Source: Desulfuromonadales bacterium
GTDB lineage: Bacteria; Desulfobacterota; Desulfuromonadia; Desulfuromonadales; BM103
Assembly: GCA_051305875.1 (NCBI GenBank)
Contig: JBPPMD010000112.1
Coordinates: 1-50,639, forward strand
DNA: 50,639 bases
Direction: 5' to 3'
Under the pieces are notes generated by a model. It was not told where the DNA came from. It worked only from the letters and a program-made list of their open reading frames with translations, and made no database searches. The position numbers were made by a program, and so were the translations under genes. Positions 45,659 through 50,639 of this stretch are shown in pieces. The first letter of the stretch is position 1. Every line of letters starts with the position of its first letter.

Positions 45659-45689
45659 GCCGGCAGGGTTTCCCTGCCGGCGATTTTTT
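45659..45689 (+). terminator. Intrinsic terminator after leuA
   Basis: GCCGGCAGGG-TTT-CCCTGCCGGC-GATTTTTT. Confidence 0.75.
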
Positions 45690-45735
45690 CGTTAATATAC
45701 AGAAATATCTATGATTGACGTTTTGAGGAGTGATT

Positions 45736-47019
45736 ATGGCTCAAACTACAGCTGAAAAGATTTTTGCAGCACATCTTCGTGACGAACCTTTTCCAGGAAC
45801 CAAGGTCCTTGATCTGGACCGGGTGCTTTGCCATGAAATTACCACACCAGTTGCCATTGCCGACCTCGAATGGCGCGATAAAGACCGTGTATACGACAAC
45901 ACCAAGATCAAGGCCGTCATCGACCATGTAACTCCTTCCAAGGACAGCAAGACCGCTCTGCAGGCCAAAATTCTGCGCGACTGGGCCCGCCGCCACGATA
46001 TCAAGGATTTCTTTGACGTTGGCCGCAACGGCGTTTGTCACGCGCTCTTTCCCGAGAAGGGGTATGTCCGCCCCGGTTTTACTGTCATCATGGGCGACTC
46101 GCACACCTGTACCCATGGCGCTTTCGGCGCTTTCGCCGCAGGTGTCGGCACCACCGACCTCGAAGTCGGTATCCTCAAAGGTGTGTGTGCCTTCCGTGAA
46201 CCGAAGACCATCCGCATTAACCTTACCGGCAGCCTGCAGGCAGGTGTCTACGCCAAGGACGTTATTTTGTTCGTAATAGGACAACTCGGCGTCAATGGTG
46301 CCACGGATCGGGTCCTCGAATTCCACGGCCCCGTGGTCGAAGCAATGAGCATGGATGCCCGTATGACTCTCTGCAATATGGCCATTGAAGCTGGTGGCAC
46401 CTGCGGTATCTGTCAGCCCGACATGGTCACTGTTGATTATCTCTGGCCGTTCATTGAGGATGAGTTCGACAGCAAGCAGGCGGCCCTGAAAGAGTACCGC
46501 CAATGGTGTGCCGATGCCGAAGCGAACTACGATAACGTGCTCGATTTTGATGTCACTGAATTAGAGCCGCATGTGACTTATGGTTACAAACCGGACTGTG
46601 TTAAGCCAGTCGGCGAGATGGCAGGAACCAGGATCGATCAGGTTTATATAGGCACCTGCACTAACGGCCGGATCGAGGATCTGCGTCAGGCTGCCGAGGT
46701 TTTGAAAGGCCGCAAGGTTGCCGATTCCTTGCGCGGTATCGTCTCTCCGGCTACGCCGAAGATCTTTCAGGAGGCGCTTGCAGAAGGGCTCATCCAGATA
46801 TTTATGGAAGCCGGTTTCTGCGTTACCAACCCGACTTGTGGCGCCTGCCTCGGTATGAGTAATGGCGTGTTGGCAGAAGGCGAGGCCTGTGCTTCGACCA
46901 GCAACCGTAACTTCAATGGCCGGATGGGTAAGGGTGGCATGGTTCACCTGATGAGTCCGGCAACGGCAGCGGCCACAGCGATCACCGGATGCATCACCGA
47001 TGCGCGTGAGTTGAAATAG
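45736..47019 (+). CDS. leuC: 3-isopropylmalate dehydratase large subunit (short LeuC/HacA type)
   Basis: GDSHTCTHGA, IGTCTNGRIEDL, CGACLG, STSNRNF.GRMG. Confidence 0.93.
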   Translation: MAQTTAEKIFAAHLRDEPFPGTKVLDLDRVLCHEITTPVAIADLEWRDKDRVYDNTKIKAVIDHVTPSKDSKTALQAKILRDWARRHDIKDFFDVGRNGVCHALFPEKGYVRPGFTVIMGDSHTCTHGAFGAFAAGVGTTDLEVGILKGVCAFREPKTIRINLTGSLQAGVYAKDVILFVIGQLGVNGATDRVLEFHGPVVEAMSMDARMTLCNMAIEAGGTCGICQPDMVTVDYLWPFIEDEFDSKQAALKEYRQWCADAEANYDNVLDFDVTELEPHVTYGYKPDCVKPVGEMAGTRIDQVYIGTCTNGRIEDLRQAAEVLKGRKVADSLRGIVSPATPKIFQEALAEGLIQIFMEAGFCVTNPTCGACLGMSNGVLAEGEACASTSNRNFNGRMGKGGMVHLMSPATAAATAITGCITDARELK

Positions 47020-47196
47020 TTTTCGTCCGGAAACGGCCCTTTTCCGCAATCTCTGCGTCACTCGGCGGATTTGATTGTGCGGCGTAAAGGACTACGCCTC
47101 CGCTCAAATCCTTGATTTCCTTGACCTTGCGAAAAATTGCTCGTTTCCAGATCGAAAACTGTGCCTATGTTGTCCGGAGTTACCTGATGAACACTA
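47017..47196. mobile_element. Full copy of repeat family A (MITE-like, TA ends, three copies of the terminal motif)
   Basis: Left TAGTTTTCGTCCGGAAAC; inverted copies CGTTTCCAGATCGAAAACT (47142-47160) and GTTACCTGATGAACACTA (47179-47196); central hairpin; second copy at 5471-5584. Confidence 0.8.
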
Positions 47197-47245
47197 ACTG
47201 GCGTCCCTGTCCTTGTGACGAATGAATCGTTAAGGAGTCCTGTTT

Positions 47246-47782
47246 ATGAAAAAAATATTTGGCGGTCCGGCAATCGTTCTCGACCGTTCCGATATCAATA
47301 CCGATGAAATTATACCGGCCAAGTACCTCACTGAGGTCACTAAGGAGGCGCTCAAACCATATTGCCTGGAGGATCTCAAGCTGGAAGGCTTTGATGCCAA
47401 GGGAGAAAAGCTTGAAAAAGCCCGCGTGATTATCACCCGCGAGAACTTCGGTTGCGGTTCTTCACGCGAACATGCTCCGTGGGTTTTCGAAGTCAATGAC
47501 ATTCACACTGTTATTGCCGAGAGCTATGCACGGATTTTCCGCCAGAACATGTTCAACTGCGGCATGCTGGCCATTGAACTACCCAAAGCAGACATTGATG
47601 CTCTGATAGCTTTGGAAAAAATGGCGAAAAGTGATATGGACCTCAAGGTGAAGCTTCAGGAGCAACAGATCATTGCTCGCAGCAATGGTCGAGAAGAGTC
47701 CTTCAACTTTGATATCAGCCTTTTTGATAAAGCACTTGTGGAGGCTGGCGGCTGGGTAGAGTACGCTGACGCTCGCTACTGA
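47246..47782 (+). CDS. leuD: 3-isopropylmalate dehydratase small subunit
   Basis: DINTDEIIPAKYL, NFGCGSSREHAPW, AESYARIFRQN. Confidence 0.95.
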   Translation: MKKIFGGPAIVLDRSDINTDEIIPAKYLTEVTKEALKPYCLEDLKLEGFDAKGEKLEKARVIITRENFGCGSSREHAPWVFEVNDIHTVIAESYARIFRQNMFNCGMLAIELPKADIDALIALEKMAKSDMDLKVKLQEQQIIARSNGREESFNFDISLFDKALVEAGGWVEYADARY

Positions 47783-47794
47783 TTTTAGGAATAC

Positions 47795-47943
47795 CCTGAA
47801 TCCGTGAGGAGTGAAGGGTGAAGAGTGAGGAGAGAAACCAATTGCCCGGTTTCCGCCTGAAGGTTTACGCCTCACCCCTTACCTGCTGGGGTCTACAAAA
47901 TGGCTTGAAATCGGCAGAGCCAAATTTAACTCACGGGTTCAGG
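47795..47943. mobile_element. MITE-like element C, 149 bp, with 14-bp TIR and 5-bp target duplication
   Basis: CCTGAATCCGTGAG / CTCACGGGTTCAGG (13/14), flanked on both sides by AATAC; internal heptamer repeats. Confidence 0.8.
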
Positions 47944-48023
47944 AATACCCCATGGCTTGCCAGGGCAGATGCGCCATTGCACGGTCATCAACAAGACTTT
48001 GTCATGCCAACTACTGCTTCTGC

Positions 48024-48053
48024 TTGACATTAAACAGGGAACACGGCTATTAT
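48024..48053 (+). promoter_or_regulatory. Promoter upstream of DEAD-box helicase
   Basis: TTGACA, 18 nt, TATTAT. Confidence 0.65.
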
Positions 48054-48130
48054 TGCGAAGTTGTCAGTAAAGGTTAGACTTGTTCACCAGACAACTTTAA
48101 GCTGTTCTAGGATCATCACGAAGATATCGT

Positions 48131-48160
48131 AACGCCCCGGACTGTTTCGGGGCGTTTTTT
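48131..48160 (+). terminator. Intrinsic terminator inside the helicase 5' leader
   Basis: AACGCCCCGGA-CTGT-TTCGGGGCGTT-TTTT. Confidence 0.8.
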
Positions 48161-48254
48161 ATGCGCCGGATTAAGCGCACTGAGCCCGTCGACGATGTCC
48201 CGCTTGCCTAACACGGCCCACCTCATTCAAGACGAGTTCGAAATAAAGGAGTTT

Positions 48255-49574
48255 ATGCAGTTCACTGATTTTAATTTTCACCCCAAGGTCGCTACCGGTG
48301 TTATGGCGGCTGGCTACGTTACACCGACTCCGATTCAGGCCCAGGCGATCCCGACGATCCTTGAGGGTCGCGACGTCATGGGCTTGGCGCAGACTGGTAC
48401 CGGCAAAACCGCTGCGTTCGCCCTGCCTATTTTGCACCGCCTGATGAACGGCAGTCGCGGTCACACGCGTGCTCTGATAGTCGCCCCGACTCGTGAGCTG
48501 GCGGAACAGATCCATACCGAGATTGGCAACCTTGGCAAGGCGACCGGCCTGCGCAGCATCACCATTTACGGCGGGGTCAGCATCAATCCGCAGATCGCCC
48601 GTCTCAGGCAGGGTGTCGAAATTGTCGTCGCCTGTCCCGGACGACTGCTCGATCATATCAAGCAGAAAACCATTGATCTCAGCCATGTTGAGGTGCTGGT
48701 GCTCGATGAAGCCGACCAGATGTTTGATATGGGCTTTCTGCCAGATATCCGACGCCTGCTCAAGCACTTGCCGGCGCAACGCCAGACCCTGCTTTTCTCG
48801 GCCACCATGCCCCAGGAGATTCGCAGTCTGGCTAAAGAGGTACTGAGAGACCCTGAGACGGTTCAGATCGATCTTGTGGCTCCAGCGGTCACGGTCAGCC
48901 ATGCTCTCTATCCGGTCGACGAAGCCCGCAAGACCGATTTGCTGCTCGCCCTCCTGGAGCATACCGACACCGGTTCGGTGCTGGTTTTCACTCGCACCAA
49001 ACATCGTGCCAAGCGTCTGGGTGAGAAGCTTGTGAAGGATGGCTACAAAGCCGCCTCACTACAGGGCAACCTGTCACAGAACCGCCGCCAGGCGGCACTG
49101 GACGGTTTCCGTGATGGTAGTCACCAGATCCTGGTTGCTACCGATATTGCAGCTCGCGGTATCGACGTCAGCCAGATCTCCCATGTTATCAACTTTGACA
49201 TGCCCAATACTGCTGAAGCGTACATCCACCGCATCGGTCGGACCGGTCGTGCCACCCGCAGCGGTGACGCTTTTACCCTTGTGACTATCGCTGACAGAGC
49301 GATGGAACGGGCTATTGAACGGACCCTCGGTCGGCCCATTGAGCGCCGTGCCCTTGAGGGGTTTGCTCTTCCGACGGATACCGCCGCATCATTAATCCCA
49401 TCCCCTGGGAAAACCCATCGCAACAGCCGTGGTTGCCAGTCGACAGGAAAACGTGATTACGCGAACGCGTCGGCAGGAAAACCGGCCTCTGATCGGTCAA
49501 AAAGCTCTCGTGGCAACCGGCGCTTCCCAGGGCGGACATCCAAGCCTGCGGCAGTTTCTTCAGCTGGTCAATAG
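48255..49574 (+). CDS. rhlE: DEAD-box RNA helicase (RhlE-like)
   Basis: PTPIQ, AQTGTGKT, PTRELA, DEAD, SAT, HRIGRTGR; start after AAGGAG. Confidence 0.9.
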   Translation: MQFTDFNFHPKVATGVMAAGYVTPTPIQAQAIPTILEGRDVMGLAQTGTGKTAAFALPILHRLMNGSRGHTRALIVAPTRELAEQIHTEIGNLGKATGLRSITIYGGVSINPQIARLRQGVEIVVACPGRLLDHIKQKTIDLSHVEVLVLDEADQMFDMGFLPDIRRLLKHLPAQRQTLLFSATMPQEIRSLAKEVLRDPETVQIDLVAPAVTVSHALYPVDEARKTDLLLALLEHTDTGSVLVFTRTKHRAKRLGEKLVKDGYKAASLQGNLSQNRRQAALDGFRDGSHQILVATDIAARGIDVSQISHVINFDMPNTAEAYIHRIGRTGRATRSGDAFTLVTIADRAMERAIERTLGRPIERRALEGFALPTDTAASLIPSPGKTHRNSRGCQSTGKRDYANASAGKPASDRSKSSRGNRRFPGRTSKPAAVSSAGQ

Positions 49575-49627
49575 TCTGTTTGGTCCGTATCAAGTAACAA
49601 GTAACAAGTGCTATTAATTGAGCAAGC

Positions 49628-49662
49628 AGTTAAGGACGGTACTTTGCCGTCCTTAACTTTCT
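49628..49662 (+). terminator. Terminator after helicase
   Basis: AGTTAAGGACGGTA-CTT-TGCCGTCCTTAACT-TTCT. Confidence 0.7.
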
Positions 49663-50016
49663 CAGGATAAGTTAGGCGCCGTTGCCTTGACACTGGTAGT
49701 GCTGAACATGTTTATTGGTAATGCCAAAGATCCGGTTCGCTTAAACCAGCAGGAGTAAAGTTTTGAGGCATTTTGATACCTTTTGGGTTTCTGCTGAAAT
49801 ATCATTTTCAGGTGTATTTAAACCTTGCTTTCTAAAGACGGGTCATGTTATGGTCTTTTTACTTAAGAAAGTTTGTGTAAGTTTTTGCCGCTCTTCAGTT
49901 TGACAAAGTGTCAACATGGATCAAAACACGCAGACCCACAAGGGCTGTGTGTTTTTTATTTTGGGCGACCAGAATTTACACACCAAAAAGTTCCTAAAGG
50001 GAACATGGAGAGAAAA

Positions 50017-50217
50017 ATGGCTGAAGGTACAGTGAAGTGGTTTAATGATGCAAAGGGATTTGGTTTTATCGAGCAGGACAATGGACCTGATGTTTTTGTT
50101 CATTTTTCCGAAGTACAAGGAGACGGCTTTAAGTCTCTTGCAGAGGGCGACCGCGTAAGTTTCGACGTCACCCAGGGTCAGAAAGGTCCTCAGTCGTCTA
50201 ATGTGCGCAAAATTTAA
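50017..50217 (+). CDS. Cold-shock protein (CspA family)
   Basis: [28 protein letters not shown]. Confidence 0.98.
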   Translation: MAEGTVKWFNDAKGFGFIEQDNGPDVFVHFSEVQGDGFKSLAEGDRVSFDVTQGQKGPQSSNVRKI

Positions 50218-50238
50218 CTAAAATTCGCATACATTCGC

Positions 50239-50274
50239 AAAAGAGCCCCGCGGTTTCTCGTGGGGCTCTTTTTT
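50239..50274 (+). terminator. Intrinsic terminator after csp
   Basis: AAAAGAGCCCCGCG...CGTGGGGCTCTTTTTT. Confidence 0.85.
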
Positions 50275-50353
50275 CTAACTGCAGTCTGTCCGCTAAATTC
50301 GATAGCTGTTTTTATGTCTGAAAACAAGCGAAGCCTCAACTCTAAAGGATAAC

Positions 50354-50515
50354 ATGATGGCCAGAAAACCTAATTACGGTTACGAAAAACGCCAGAAAGA
50401 ACTCGCCAAAAAAGCCAAAAAAGAAGATAAGAAAAAAGCTAAAATCGCAGAAGATGAGAATAACTCTCAAGAACCCACCGTGGAGCCCACCCAAGAGTCC
50501 CCAACTGAGAATTAA
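50354..50515 (+). CDS. Small Lys-rich hypothetical protein, 53 aa (below ORF-track cutoff)
   Basis: MMARKPNYGYEKRQKELAKKAKKEDKKKAKIAEDENNSQEPTVEPTQESPTEN; SD AAAGGA. Confidence 0.7.
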   Translation: MMARKPNYGYEKRQKELAKKAKKEDKKKAKIAEDENNSQEPTVEPTQESPTEN

Positions 50516-50536
50516 CGGGCAAAGTATTCCCTTCGT

Positions 50537-50638
50537 TTATTCGCTAGACTCCCACCAGACATAATTGACGTTCCATCCAACTGGCCAGGGGAGGTCCTCC
50601 GAACATCGGTAACCTTGCTTCCGGTTCTTCTGCAGTCT
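50537..50638 (-). CDS. 3' end of an unidentified minus-strand gene (partial)
   Basis: Open frame RLQKNRKQGYRCSEDLPWPVGWNVNYVWWESSE* running in from the window edge; another frame is also open. Confidence 0.3.
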   Translation of the reverse strand, partial: RLQKNRKQGYRCSEDLPWPVGWNVNYVWWESSE

Positions 50639-50639
50639 T

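Noticed and set aside
49591-49610. CAAGTAA tandem heptamer (under three copies)
   Set aside because: Too short to support a claim on its own.

Overview
Mostly core chromosome of a deltaproteobacterium, most likely Desulfuromonadales/Geobacterales (inferred from gene order and protein sequences). Left to right: an acyl-CoA/lipid cluster (etfA, SCP2-like, tesB, NMO/FabK-like, aldehyde dehydrogenase); kdsB-pyrG-kdsA-kdsD-kdsC-lptCAB-rpoN-hpf-ptsN-hprK-rapZ plus a full mannose-family PTS, HPr and EI; metK, a glycosyltransferase, sahR and ahcY; lptFG on the minus strand; rpsB-tsf-pyrH-frr-ferredoxin-uppS-cdsA-dxr-rseP-tsaB; ilvD-ilvB-ilvN-ilvC-psd-leuA-leuC-leuD; a DEAD-box helicase and a cold-shock gene. 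No rRNA, tRNA, CRISPR array or transposase was seen. The interesting signals are intergenic: (1) a free-standing ~90-nt candidate sRNA with anti-Shine-Dalgarno loops in both hairpins; (2) a Leu T-box followed by an unannotated Leu-rich 30-aa ORF before leuA; (3) three different miniature inverted-repeat elements, two starting at stop codons and one with a 5-bp target duplication; (4) a probable pssA deletion scar; (5) a frameshifted glycosyltransferase; (6) a probable ATT start for cdsA; (7) terminator-bearing leaders on both cold-shock-type genes. All family assignments are from motif recognition by eye; no searches were run.
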